From an uncultured Mageeibacillus sp. (GTDB lineage: Bacteria; Bacillota; Clostridia; Saccharofermentanales; UBA5734): a stretch of 62,589 nucleotides of DNA. Positions 47,493 through 57,126 of the stretch are shown piece by piece (position 1 is the stretch's first letter; each line of letters opens with the position of its first letter). The position numbers and the translations under genes were made by a program. A model generated the notes under the pieces. That model had not been told where the DNA came from and searched no databases. It was given only the letters and a program-made list of their open reading frames with translations. The stretch is taken from contig CAZCMX010000004.1 of NCBI GenBank assembly GCA_964499985.1, positions 1-62,589 on the forward strand, in the 5' to 3' direction.

Positions 47493-48662
47493 TCAGCGGT
47501 TGCGGATCAGATTGACCCGGATGATGCCATCCACCTGGGCCAGCTTCTCCTGCACCGCCGCCGGGCAATGGCCGACAATTTCAAAGACCGCATAGGCATA
47601 TTCTTTCTTGCTGCGGCTGGACAGGTTTTCGATATTGATCCCTTCGCCAGACAAGGCCGCCGAAATCTGGGCCAGGATATTCGGCACATTCTTGTGGATG
47701 ACACAGATGCTTTCGTCGCCGCCCTTGGGATTCTTGACATCCGGGAAATTGACGCTGTTTTTGATATTGCCATTTTCCAGATAATCAATCAGCTCATCGA
47801 CGGCCATGACTGCGCAATTGTCTTCACTTTCCGGGGTCGAGGCACCCAGATGGGGGATGGCAATGACATTTTTCATGGCCAGGACTTCCGGTGAAGGAAA
47901 ATCCGTCAGGTAGCGGGCGACTTTGCCGTTGTCCAGGGCCAGGGCCAGGTCGGCGTTATCGACCAGGTCGCCACGGGACAGATTGATGATCCGCATGCCA
48001 TGCTTCATTTGTTCGATGGCGGCGGCATTGATGAAGCCCTTGGTCTCCTTGGTCGATGGCATATGCAAAGTGATGTAATCGCAATGCTCGAAAATGGCCT
48101 TCGGGTCAGCGGCCCGCTTGACGCCGCGGTTGAGCATCCAGGCATTGTCGACCGTGATATAGGGATCATAGCCATAGACATCCATGCCCAGCTCATTGGC
48201 CGTATTGGCAACCATCGCGCCAATGGCACCGAGGCCGAAAACACCCAGCTTCTTGCCGTAGATTTCCGGGCCGACAAAGGCTTTTTTACCGTTTTCGACT
48301 TCCTTGGCAATATCGGTGCCTTCAGGCAGGGTGCGCACCCAGTTGACTCCACCGACCAGGTCGCGGGATGACAAAAGCAGGGCGGCAATGGCCAGCTCCT
48401 TGACGGCATTGGCATTGGCACCGGGCGTATTGAAAACGACTATGCCCTTCTGCGAGCACAGGTCGACCGGGATATTGTTAACGCCAGCCCCAGCCCGGGC
48501 GATCGCCTTGAGATTGGCAGGCAATTCCAGGTCGAGCATATTGGCGGAGCGGACCAGAATCGCATCCGGATCCTCAACCGTGCTGGAAATTTCGTACTTG
48601 CTTTTATCAAACTGGCGTGTGCCGATCGCTGCTATCTTATTCAGGGTCTTGATCTTATACAT
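47493..48662 (-). CDS. serA: D-3-phosphoglycerate dehydrogenase with C-terminal ACT domain
   Basis: MYKIKTLNKIAAIG..., NAD-binding GLGAIG, ACT-like C-terminus. ATG 48662 is chosen (GGGAG 10 nt upstream), overlapping the serC stop by 8 nt. Confidence 0.85.
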   Translation of the reverse strand: MYKIKTLNKIAAIGTRQFDKSKYEISSTVEDPDAILVRSANMLDLELPANLKAIARAGAGVNNIPVDLCSQKGIVVFNTPGANANAVKELAIAALLLSSRDLVGGVNWVRTLPEGTDIAKEVENGKKAFVGPEIYGKKLGVFGLGAIGAMVANTANELGMDVYGYDPYITVDNAWMLNRGVKRAADPKAIFEHCDYITLHMPSTKETKGFINAAAIEQMKHGMRIINLSRGDLVDNADLALALDNGKVARYLTDFPSPEVLAMKNVIAIPHLGASTPESEDNCAVMAVDELIDYLENGNIKNSVNFPDVKNPKGGDESICVIHKNVPNILAQISAALSGEGINIENLSSRSKKEYAYAVFEIVGHCPAAVQEKLAQVDGIIRVNLIRNR

Positions 48663-49737
48663 TCTGTTCAAACTCCCGCATGAATTCTACCAGGGCATCG
48701 ATGCCGGCTTCAGGCATCGCATTATAGATGGAAGCCCGCATGCCGCCCACGCTGCGATGGCCTTTGATATTGACAAAGCCTGCCTTTTCCGCGGCCTTGC
48801 AGAACTTCTTGTCGAGCTCTTCATCACCGGTGACAAAGGGGACATTCATGATCGAACGCGAACCCTTCGCAACCGGCGCCTTGAACAGCCTCGAGGCATC
48901 GATATAGTCATAGAGCTTCTGGGCCTTGCGATAATTGATCTCTGCCATGGCCTCAAGGCCGCCGATCTCGTCACGGACCCACTCGAGAACCAGCTTGGCG
49001 ATATAGATCGCATAGCAGGGCGGCGTATTATACATGCTGTCATTGTCAGCCGCCACCTTATAGCTCAGCATGGTCGGGGTCAACGGATGCTCATGGCCGA
49101 GCAGGTCTTCACGGACAATGACCAGGGTCAGACCGGAGGGACCCATGTTCTTCTGGGCACCGGCATAGACCAGGGCAAACCGTGAGATGTCGATCGGTTC
49201 AGACAGGATGCAGGATGACAGGTCAGCCACCAGCGGAATCGAGCCCGTATCCGGAATGGCCGGGAAGCGGGAGCCGAAAATCGTATTGTTATAGCAGATA
49301 TGGACATAATCCGCATCTGGACGCACATCTTCCGGCCGGAACGTCGGGATATAGGTGAAATTCTTATCCGCACTGCTGGCCAGGACTTTGACATCGCCAT
49401 AGCGTTTCGCTTCTTCGTAGGCCTTTTTGGAGAACATGCCGCTGATGACATAGTCAGCCTTGCCATTCTTCGTCATCAGGTTCAGGGGTACCGCTGCAAA
49501 TTGGGTGCTGGCGCCACCTTGCAGGAACAAGACCTTGTAATGGTCCGGCACACCGAGGACGGAGCGGACCAGTGCCTCGGTGTCGGCAATGATCTTTTCA
49601 TAGACGGCAGATCGATGACTCATCTCCATGACGGACATGCCACTGCCCTGGTAATCGATCATCTCTGCAGCAGCCTTTTGCAAGACTGGCAGTGGCAGCA
49701 TGGAAGGACCTGCTGAGAAATTGTATACCCTGCTCAT
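48655..49737 (-). CDS. serC: phosphoserine aminotransferase
   Basis: MSRVYNFSAGPSMLPLPVL... AGGAG lies 8 nt before ATG 49737. Confidence 0.9.
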   Translation of the reverse strand: MSRVYNFSAGPSMLPLPVLQKAAAEMIDYQGSGMSVMEMSHRSAVYEKIIADTEALVRSVLGVPDHYKVLFLQGGASTQFAAVPLNLMTKNGKADYVISGMFSKKAYEEAKRYGDVKVLASSADKNFTYIPTFRPEDVRPDADYVHICYNNTIFGSRFPAIPDTGSIPLVADLSSCILSEPIDISRFALVYAGAQKNMGPSGLTLVIVREDLLGHEHPLTPTMLSYKVAADNDSMYNTPPCYAIYIAKLVLEWVRDEIGGLEAMAEINYRKAQKLYDYIDASRLFKAPVAKGSRSIMNVPFVTGDEELDKKFCKAAEKAGFVNIKGHRSVGGMRASIYNAMPEAGIDALVEFMREFEQNV

Positions 49738-49774
49738 CGTCATCACTCCTGGTTCAAAATTGAAATACTCGGAT

Positions 49775-49802
49775 ATTCTACCAGAATGTCAGCAGATTCG
49801 AA
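49775..49802 (-). promoter_or_regulatory. putative promoter of serC-serA
   Basis: Minus strand: TTCGAA (49802-49797), 16 nt, TGgTAGAAT (extended -10, TAGAAT 49780-49775). Confidence 0.45.
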
Positions 49803-49909
49803 ATCACAATCGCGTAGCAGGTGGCACGCCATTCCATGTAAAGTCAGCAATCAAGCATGTTTTTGCATCAAAACAGCCCTTTTTGTGCAATCTAAAACGC
49901 TTACGAAGC

Positions 49910-51109
49910 TCAGCCGTCGATAAAAGACCGGATTTGCTTCTGATTGGCATCCAGATCGAGGGCGATGACACTGGCGCCGCCTTTCGTGGCATATTCCCAG
50001 GTCCCGTCAAAGGGGACACGGGCATCGGCAAACGACACATCACCGGCGCCAATGACCTCCGTCGCCAGGCTCAAGAGCTGGTCTGCCGAAATATTGGTCT
50101 TGACATTGCCGATCGCATAGCCGACCAGACCTGCCAGGGTGGCCGCATCCCCCTGGTTCCTGATCTGGCTGAAAATCGCCTTGATCGTCGCCCGCTGGCG
50201 GGCAGTCCGGGTAAAATCGCCATTGCCAACCCGGCGGTTACGCGTATGCGACAAGGTCTGGGCCCCATTCAAATGCTTGACCCCTTCCCCATCTGGAATG
50301 CCGCCGATTTCGGCATTGATATAGTCGATTTCCTTCTGGGTCAAAAACAGGTCGATCCCACCGATCTGGTCCACCACAGCGATGAAATTTTCAAACCGGA
50401 TCGTGATATAGGTCTCGAGGGCGATATCGAAATTATTGCGCAGGGTATCGATCAGGAGCGATTCGCCGCCATAATTGAAGGCCGCATTGAGCTTGGTCGA
50501 CCCGTGGCCAGGAATGGCGACATAGGAGTCACGCATGAACGACAAAAGCTTGATTTGCTTCTGGTCCCGATCAAAAGTCAAAAGAATCATCGAATCGGAA
50601 CGGGCTCCATCGAGGCCCAGGCGGGCATCGGAGCCAATAAGCAGGATATTGATCTTGCCTTCACCGGACAAGGTGACCGGCGTTGGCGCCTGGGTGGGTC
50701 TGGGAGTCGGCACCGGGGTCGGTGTCGCCGCAGGCTTGGCCGTTGTAGCCGCCGTCGTTGCCGCCGTCGTGGCCCGGGTGGTCGTCGCAGGCGCCGTCGT
50801 GGCCTCAGTGGTCGGCTCGGCTGTGGGGACAGGTTCGGTTGTCGGAGGGGCCTGAGTCGTTGTGGCTTTCGTTGTGGGCTGGTTTTGCAGGGTATCGGTC
50901 TGGCCATCCGCGGGGGCACCCTCATTCGATCCCGGGGCAATGCTGGCCTGCCCTGTCTCAGCGATCTGATTCATGCCCAGGCCGGGCGAGAGGAAAAGAA
51001 AGGCACTGGATGCCAGGACCAGCACCAGAGCGGCTGCAACCGCCAGCACACGCAGTTTTGGCGAAAATTTCCCTGATTTGGGCTCATGGTCCGGTCTTGG
51101 ATTTTGCAT
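49910..51109 (-). CDS. LCP (LytR-CpsA-Psr) family cell-wall glycopolymer ligase with Thr/Pro/Ala-rich stalk
   Basis: NILLIGSDAR...RSDSMILLTFD...LSFMRDSYV; N-terminal TM. GGGAGG lies before ATG 51109; the longer track ORF covers the divergent MATE promoter. Confidence 0.85.
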   Translation of the reverse strand: MQNPRPDHEPKSGKFSPKLRVLAVAAALVLVLASSAFLFLSPGLGMNQIAETGQASIAPGSNEGAPADGQTDTLQNQPTTKATTTQAPPTTEPVPTAEPTTEATTAPATTTRATTAATTAATTAKPAATPTPVPTPRPTQAPTPVTLSGEGKINILLIGSDARLGLDGARSDSMILLTFDRDQKQIKLLSFMRDSYVAIPGHGSTKLNAAFNYGGESLLIDTLRNNFDIALETYITIRFENFIAVVDQIGGIDLFLTQKEIDYINAEIGGIPDGEGVKHLNGAQTLSHTRNRRVGNGDFTRTARQRATIKAIFSQIRNQGDAATLAGLVGYAIGNVKTNISADQLLSLATEVIGAGDVSFADARVPFDGTWEYATKGGASVIALDLDANQKQIRSFIDG

Positions 51110-51166
51110 GAATGGATCCTCCCTGGTTCTTGAATAGAATTTCGGCAAGGGATCGGCACAGCTGAG

Positions 51167-51195
51167 TTGGTTTTGCCTGTTTTTCATTCTACAAT
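51167..51195 (+). promoter_or_regulatory. putative promoter of the MATE gene
   Basis: TTGGTT (51167-72), 17 nt, TACAAT (51190-95). Confidence 0.45.
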
Positions 51196-51242
51196 GAAAT
51201 TATCCCGGAAGACAGCTTGGAACTGCCGAAAGGAGAACCGTC

Positions 51243-52598
51243 TTGGAAATTGTCACATTGACCAAAGGACCCATCCGCCCGCAGATTCTGAAAATGGCCA
51301 TTCCAATGAGCATCGGCTTCTTTTTCAATACGATGTTCAATGTCGTCGACACCTTCTATGCCGGCCGGCTGGGCACCAGCTCGCTGGCAGGGATGTCTGC
51401 CTCATTTTCGGTCTTCTTCATCCAGAACGCCATTTTATCCGGGATCGCCACTGGGATTTCAGCCTTGCTGGCCCAGGCGATCGGTCGCCAGGATGGTCTT
51501 GCAATGAAGCGGCTGAAGATCAATGGCCTGGCTTTGCTGATCCTGGTCAGCCTGATGCTGACGGCAGCCGGCACAGCACTGTCACCGCTGCTTTTGCAAG
51601 CCCTCGGCGCCAGGGGACAGGCCTACCTCGAGGGATCGCGCTATGTGCGGACCATCTATGCCGGCAGCCTGTGCTTTGGCATCAATGCCGCATTCAATGC
51701 TTTTCTCAGTGCCCATGGCCTGACAAGGCCTTATCGCAATTTCCTGGTCATCGGATTTCTCCTGAATCTGGTCCTGGATCCGCTGTTCATCTTCGGCTGG
51801 TTCGGCCTGCCCCGGATGGGCACCATGGGTGTCGCCCTGGCCACGGTCCTGGTCCAGCTGGCCGGTACGGTCTATCTGGCCTGGCAAGTGGCCAGGCATA
51901 AGGTCTTCCAGCGCGAAGACCTGGTCTTTTCCGAGGTCCAGCTGCAAACCCTGGGTGAAATCCTCTCCCAGGGCATTCCTGCCGCGCTCAATATGATGAC
52001 CATAGCGCTGGGGATCTTCGTGATCAACTGGTTCATCTATCGTTTTGGCTCAGATGCGAGCACCGCCGGTTACGGGGCGGCGGTCCGCCTGGAACAGATC
52101 GCACTCTTGCCGGCGATTGGTCTCAATACAGCTACTCTGACTCTGGTTGGCCAGAATTACGGGGCCGGTCTCTATGCCAGGGTCCGGGATGTCTATCATT
52201 GGGCCATGAAGCTTGGCCTCCTGACCATGTCCATCGGGATGTTGCTCCTCTTCCCATTCGCCCCCTGGCTGATCGGCTTGTTCAACCAGGATCCGCAAGT
52301 CATCGCCGAGGGCACCCATTATCTGCGGATCGAGTTTCTGGCCCTGAATGCCTATATCATCCTCAATATCTGCCTGTCCCTGCTCCAGGGGCTGAAAAAA
52401 CCACATTATGCGATCTGGATTGGCCTGTACCGGCAGATTGCCATGCCCATTCTGGTCTTCAATGTCCTGGGCTCGGTCCTCGGCCTCGGACTCACCGGCA
52501 TCTGGTGGGGAATCGTTTTTACGACCTGGAGCGGGGCTGTGGCGGCGCTGCTGTTTGCCCGCCAGGAGCTGCGCAAGCTTTGGCAAGAGCCGGGATGA
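51243..52598 (+). CDS. MATE family efflux transporter
   Basis: 451 aa, 12-TM pattern, N-terminus ...LTKGPIRPQILKMAIPMSIGFFFNTMFNVVDTFYAGRLG. TTG start with AAGGAG 7 nt upstream. Confidence 0.85.
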   Translation: MEIVTLTKGPIRPQILKMAIPMSIGFFFNTMFNVVDTFYAGRLGTSSLAGMSASFSVFFIQNAILSGIATGISALLAQAIGRQDGLAMKRLKINGLALLILVSLMLTAAGTALSPLLLQALGARGQAYLEGSRYVRTIYAGSLCFGINAAFNAFLSAHGLTRPYRNFLVIGFLLNLVLDPLFIFGWFGLPRMGTMGVALATVLVQLAGTVYLAWQVARHKVFQREDLVFSEVQLQTLGEILSQGIPAALNMMTIALGIFVINWFIYRFGSDASTAGYGAAVRLEQIALLPAIGLNTATLTLVGQNYGAGLYARVRDVYHWAMKLGLLTMSIGMLLLFPFAPWLIGLFNQDPQVIAEGTHYLRIEFLALNAYIILNICLSLLQGLKKPHYAIWIGLYRQIAMPILVFNVLGSVLGLGLTGIWWGIVFTTWSGAVAALLFARQELRKLWQEPG

Positions 52599-55500
52599 AG
52601 GCCCGGTCCTCCTCAATGGTATGCTTTAAAATGACATCCTCGACCAGGTAGCGGAACAATTCATCAGGCGTCGACTGTCCCTCTACATATGCGGTTCGCA
52701 GTCCCTGTAGCTGGGCGAGGATATTCTGGTGCAGGCGCTGGTGCCCGGCAAAGTCCGCATATCCCACTTGCCCCAGGATTTGTTCTTCATAGGCGAAATG
52801 CAGTTCGATCTCCAAAGCAAGATGGTCGACCAGTCGGACCAGTTCGTCCTTGACCAGAATCCCTTCATTGACAAAATGGATCACACGGTTCATCCGCAGA
52901 ATCAGATTTTTATGCTGGCGATCGATTTCCGGATCGCCGCAGGACCATTCCGGATGCCAGACCAGTTGGATGACCGGGTAGTCCGCAACCAGGCAGGTGG
53001 CCTGAGGCACCTCATGCACGAGTGGTGCACCCAGGAATTCAAGAAAGGCCTGCTCGGGCAGTGGCCGGCTGAACAGGAAGCCTTGGACATAGTCCACACT
53101 TTGGCGGCAGAGCCAGTCAAACTGGCCGCGGGTCTCCACGCCTTCGACCACCACGGCCAGGCCAAGGCCATGGACAATGGTGAACAGGGAATCCAGAATC
53201 ATTTGCTCCCGGTCATTGTGTTCGATCTCGCGGATCAGCGAGCGGTCGATCTTGACCAGGTCGACCGGCAGGTCTTTCAAAGCGCCAAAGGTGGCATAGC
53301 CCGTGCCAAAATCATCCAGGGCCAGCCTGACGCCTTTCTTTCTCAATTCGCCAAACAGGCTGGTGATTTCCCGCACATCCCTGACCAGCGCGGTTTCCGT
53401 GATCTCGAGGATCAGGCTGGCCGGGCTGACCTGGTATTGTTCAAGCGCCTCCATGACCAGCCGGACCAGCTCATGGCCGTGGTATTCCAAGGTGATCGCC
53501 GACAAGTTGACGCTGACCGCCAGGTCTTGCCTGCCCGAAACCCGCCAGGCCGCCAGCTTCTGGCAAGTCTGGCGGATCGCCCAGTCGGTCATCGGGATGA
53601 TCAGACGGGTCCGCTCCGCCAGCGGGATGAATTCGCCCGGGGAGACCAGGCCCAGCCGGGGATGGTTCCAGCGCATCAGGGCCTCGGCATGGGTGAACCG
53701 GTTGCGCTGGATATCAAATATGGGCTGGAAATAAAGCTCGAGCTCGTTTTGGCCGAGGGCTTTCGAGAGGTCGGTCTCGAGCAGCTCTGCCCGGTTTTTG
53801 GCCTTGACCAGAGTATCCCGGTAGCGCATGACCGTATTGCCCTGCTGTTTGGCCGCATAGAGGGCCAATTCTGCTTGGGCGATGGTTTGATCGAGATTCA
53901 ATTCCGGATCATCCAGGCTGATGCCGATGCTGACCGTGATCTGGACATTTTGCTGGTTGTACTTGAACTGTCTGTCCACCGCTGCCTGGATGGAGCGAGC
54001 CAGTTTCTGGACCTGGTCCACATCTGAATAGCGAGTCAGGACCAGAAATTCATCGCCGCCATAGCGGAAGACCTGGTTTTGCGAACCTGTGCAGGTCTCG
54101 ATCGTGCGAGCCAGTTCGACAATCACCTGGTCGCCACCCGAATGGCCCAGCGCATCATTGACCAGGCGGAATTTGTCGACATTGACCAGCAGCGCGGACA
54201 GGGCAGGCAGATCCTCCAGGCCCTGGACCTGGGCCTTGGACATGGCCTGGACAGCCGATCGGTTCAAAAGCCCCGTCAGTGGATCGTGCATCGCGGCATA
54301 CAAGAGCTGCTCTTCGCGGTGCTTGCGTTCACTGATATCGCGAACAGCGCCGACCACTTCAGCCGAATGCAGGGCGTCCCGCCGAAACGTTGCCGACACC
54401 TCCGTCCAGACCAGATGGCCCTCCTTATGCAGCAGCTGGATTTCAAAAGTTATTGGCTCAGTGGTTTCGGAATCCCTGTGGAAAATCTCCAGCAGCCGAT
54501 TCCGGATCTGGGCCAGCTGCTGCAGCGCATCTGTTTTGCACAACTGGTCAAAGGTCAGGTTCATGGCTTCAGTCACACCATATCCGAGCAGCTGTTCCAC
54601 ACTGTGACTCATGAAAGTGAACTGGAGGGTCATCAAATTGAACATGAAAACGACATCATGGATGGTCTGGGTGATCAACCGGTATTTCTCTGCCGTTTCA
54701 TCGAGATTCTTCTCGTATTGCCGGGCCATGCGTTCCATCTGCTTTTGTTCCGTGACATCGGTCTGGATGCCAAAATGGCCCGTGAAGCGGCCCTGTGCAT
54801 CGTACATGCAGATATAATCGCCGGAGACATCCATTTCGCTGCCATCGAATCGCAATTCCCGGGTCTCATAATGAAGATGTCCATGGTCCAACATTTCCCG
54901 CCAGACTTCCCGGCCATAGGCCAGATCATGGGCGAAAAACTGGGCCGGCGTGGTGCCGATAAAATCAGTCACCGTAGCCCGGTACTGGTCGAGCATGGCC
55001 TGGTTCACCCGAACGATCCGCTGCTTGGCAAAGATCTCGTCGAGCAGCCTTTCCTTGTCGATCCCATCATGCCATTCAACGGGCTCTTCCAGCATCATGA
55101 CAAAGACACCGGCCAGGGGCTGGCTGAACAGGAGATTGGCCAAGTCCGTCTGGTCCTTGAGCGCTTCACTGATTTGCATTCGGTTGTTGCGCTCATCCGA
55201 CAGGAGCGAGGCCAGCCGCTGCTCCAATTCGACACGGGCAGTGATATCCGTATGGGTACCATACATCCAGAGTGGCTGGCCATCCGCTGTCCATGTCATG
55301 ACTTTGCCGCGGTCATGGACCCAGATCCACTCGCCAGACCGGTGACGGATGCGGACATCCATGTCGTAGTAGTCCGTCTGACCGGCAAAATGATCTTGCA
55401 GGGCCTGGTCCGATCGTTCGAGGTCATCCGGATGGGCCTGAGACTGCCAGGTCTCAATGCTGACGGGGGCCAGGTCGGCCAGGGAATAGCCGATGATCTC

Positions 55501-55626
55501 CGCCCAGCGCTCGTTGAAGACGACCTCACCCGTCTGGACATTCCACTCCCAAGTCCCAACATTCATGCTGTCCAGGTAGTTCTGCAATTTCTGGATTTGT
55601 GACTCGCACGCCGGGTTGTCAAACAT
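52519..55626 (-). CDS. multidomain c-di-GMP signalling protein: PAS repeats, GGDEF, EAL, C-terminal hemerythrin-like domain
   Basis: GGDEF intact (FRYGGDEFLVL). EAL intact (YFQPIFD, AEALMRW, EITET, LALDDFGTGY, VKIDRS, VVEGVET, QGFLFSRP). C-terminal bacteriohemerythrin ligand pattern IDRQH...HFAYEE...HQRLH...HTIEEDR. Start ATG 55626 is preferred over 55761. Confidence 0.85.
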   Translation of the reverse strand: MFDNPACESQIQKLQNYLDSMNVGTWEWNVQTGEVVFNERWAEIIGYSLADLAPVSIETWQSQAHPDDLERSDQALQDHFAGQTDYYDMDVRIRHRSGEWIWVHDRGKVMTWTADGQPLWMYGTHTDITARVELEQRLASLLSDERNNRMQISEALKDQTDLANLLFSQPLAGVFVMMLEEPVEWHDGIDKERLLDEIFAKQRIVRVNQAMLDQYRATVTDFIGTTPAQFFAHDLAYGREVWREMLDHGHLHYETRELRFDGSEMDVSGDYICMYDAQGRFTGHFGIQTDVTEQKQMERMARQYEKNLDETAEKYRLITQTIHDVVFMFNLMTLQFTFMSHSVEQLLGYGVTEAMNLTFDQLCKTDALQQLAQIRNRLLEIFHRDSETTEPITFEIQLLHKEGHLVWTEVSATFRRDALHSAEVVGAVRDISERKHREEQLLYAAMHDPLTGLLNRSAVQAMSKAQVQGLEDLPALSALLVNVDKFRLVNDALGHSGGDQVIVELARTIETCTGSQNQVFRYGGDEFLVLTRYSDVDQVQKLARSIQAAVDRQFKYNQQNVQITVSIGISLDDPELNLDQTIAQAELALYAAKQQGNTVMRYRDTLVKAKNRAELLETDLSKALGQNELELYFQPIFDIQRNRFTHAEALMRWNHPRLGLVSPGEFIPLAERTRLIIPMTDWAIRQTCQKLAAWRVSGRQDLAVSVNLSAITLEYHGHELVRLVMEALEQYQVSPASLILEITETALVRDVREITSLFGELRKKGVRLALDDFGTGYATFGALKDLPVDLVKIDRSLIREIEHNDREQMILDSLFTIVHGLGLAVVVEGVETRGQFDWLCRQSVDYVQGFLFSRPLPEQAFLEFLGAPLVHEVPQATCLVADYPVIQLVWHPEWSCGDPEIDRQHKNLILRMNRVIHFVNEGILVKDELVRLVDHLALEIELHFAYEEQILGQVGYADFAGHQRLHQNILAQLQGLRTAYVEGQSTPDELFRYLVEDVILKHTIEEDRAFIPALAKACAAPGGQTAAPPQPRSRS

Positions 55627-55699
55627 TTTCCGTCCCCATCTCTTCCTCAATCCGAGGTTTAAATCCAAGATTTTTCCAGGATCCTTCGCATTCGCCTCC

Positions 55700-55728
55700 A
55701 GTGTAAATTGGTCGCTTGGCAGTTTCAA
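55700..55728 (-). promoter_or_regulatory. putative promoter of the GGDEF-EAL-hemerythrin gene
   Basis: Minus strand: TTGAAA (55728-23), 17 nt, TACACT (55705-00). This would exclude the 55761 start. Confidence 0.35.
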
Positions 55729-55821
55729 CAACCTGCCAGAAATGATCAGGATTTCTGCCATATTTGATGGAGTTGAATCGCTGTCTGCCCATTTCTCCGG
55801 TCAGGACCGCCGCCGGCGATG

Positions 55822-55861
55822 AAAAAATCCGTCCCGGGAGTTCCAACTCAGCGGGACGGAT
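55822..55861 (-). terminator. intrinsic terminator after the flavodiiron gene
   Basis: Minus strand: ATCCGTCCCG-15 nt-CGGGACGGAT followed by TTTTTT. Confidence 0.7.
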
Positions 55862-55899
55862 AAAATGGGCGATCCGGGTGGAATTGATCGGGGAATGGC

Positions 55900-57090
55900 T
55901 TAGCTGACCAGCCGGGCAAATTCCCTGCCAAAGGCTTCGCACTCGGCCAGGGCTGCTTCATCGGGCACCCAGATGCTGCGGATCCCTTCATTGACGACAG
56001 AGAAACCACCCTTGGCCAGGGCATCGCTGATCTGGCGGGCTGCTTCGCCGCCCCAGCCGAAGCTGCCGAAAGCGGCGGCCTTTTTGTTCTTGAATTTCAT
56101 GCCGCGCATCATCTCGAGCAAGCCGGCGATCGAATGGAGAATCCCGCCATTGATGGTGGATGAGCCGACCAGGATTGCCTTGGACTTGAACACCTCGCTG
56201 ATGATGTCATTTTTATCGGTCCGGGAGGCATTGAACAGCTTGACCTTGACAGCCGAATCAGTCGCTTCGATGCCCCTGGCGATCGCTTCGGCCATTTTGC
56301 GGGTGGATTCCCACATCGTGTCATAGACCAGGGTGATCTGGTTCTCCTGGTAATTGGCCGCCCAGGCCTGGTAGGTCTCGACGATCTGGAGAGGATTGTC
56401 CCGCCAGATCACGCCATGGCTCGGACAGATCAGGTCCACCGGCAAGCCCAGGGCGAGGATTTCCGTGATTTTACGCGACACCTGGCTGCTGAAGGGGGTG
56501 AGGATATTGGCATAGTACTTCAGGGCTTCGGTCATCAGCTCGGCCGGGTCAGCCAGGTCATTGAACAGGGACTCGGTGGCATAATGCTGGCCAAAGCCGT
56601 CATTGCTGAACAGGATGTTCTCCCCGGTCATATAGGTGAACATCGTATCCGGCCAGTGCAGCATCGGAGCCTCGATAAAGACCAGGTCACTGGCGCCGAT
56701 ATTGAGCTTGTCACCGGTCTTGACCGTGATGTAGTTCCAGTCCTGGTGGTAATGGCCGCGCAGGATTTTCTCCCCATTGGCGGTGCAATAGATGGGGGTC
56801 TGGGGAATCTCGCGCATCAGCTCAGCCAGAGCTCCGCTGTGGTCGATTTCGTTATGATTGCAGATGATGGCGTCAATGGTTGCCAGGTCGACGACCTTCT
56901 TCAGATTGGTCACGAATTCTTCGTCATAGGGCTTCCAGACGGTATCGATCAGGACCGTTTTCTGGTCGCGGACCAGATAGGCATTGTAGGATGAGCCATG
57001 GTGGGTCGAGTACTCATCACCATGGAACGTATCGAGCTGCCAGTCAATCTTGCCGACCCAGGTCACTTTGGGGGTAATCTGTTTTGTCAT
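55900..57090 (-). CDS. flavodiiron protein (FprA/NorV-type NO/O2 reductase) without rubredoxin domain
   Basis: 396 aa with NHNEIDH (HxExDH di-iron site), PMLHWPDTMFTYMTG, LFSNDGFGQHY, YYANILTPFS, SHGVIWRDNP. These are near-collinear with my memory of E. coli NorV, followed by a flavodoxin-like domain. Confidence 0.9.
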   Translation of the reverse strand: MTKQITPKVTWVGKIDWQLDTFHGDEYSTHHGSSYNAYLVRDQKTVLIDTVWKPYDEEFVTNLKKVVDLATIDAIICNHNEIDHSGALAELMREIPQTPIYCTANGEKILRGHYHQDWNYITVKTGDKLNIGASDLVFIEAPMLHWPDTMFTYMTGENILFSNDGFGQHYATESLFNDLADPAELMTEALKYYANILTPFSSQVSRKITEILALGLPVDLICPSHGVIWRDNPLQIVETYQAWAANYQENQITLVYDTMWESTRKMAEAIARGIEATDSAVKVKLFNASRTDKNDIISEVFKSKAILVGSSTINGGILHSIAGLLEMMRGMKFKNKKAAAFGSFGWGGEAARQISDALAKGGFSVVNEGIRSIWVPDEAALAECEAFGREFARLVS

Positions 57091-57126
57091 GGGAGTCTCC
57101 TTTCAATGGCGCGTCCAGCTGTTCCA

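Noticed and set aside
55627-55761. 45-codon N-terminal extension of the GGDEF-EAL protein, and a possible c-di-GMP riboswitch in the 195-nt region upstream.
   Set aside because: There is no SD before ATG 55761, and a good promoter candidate lies downstream of it. I could not see GEMM-type conserved helices or motifs, though only an Infernal scan would settle this.
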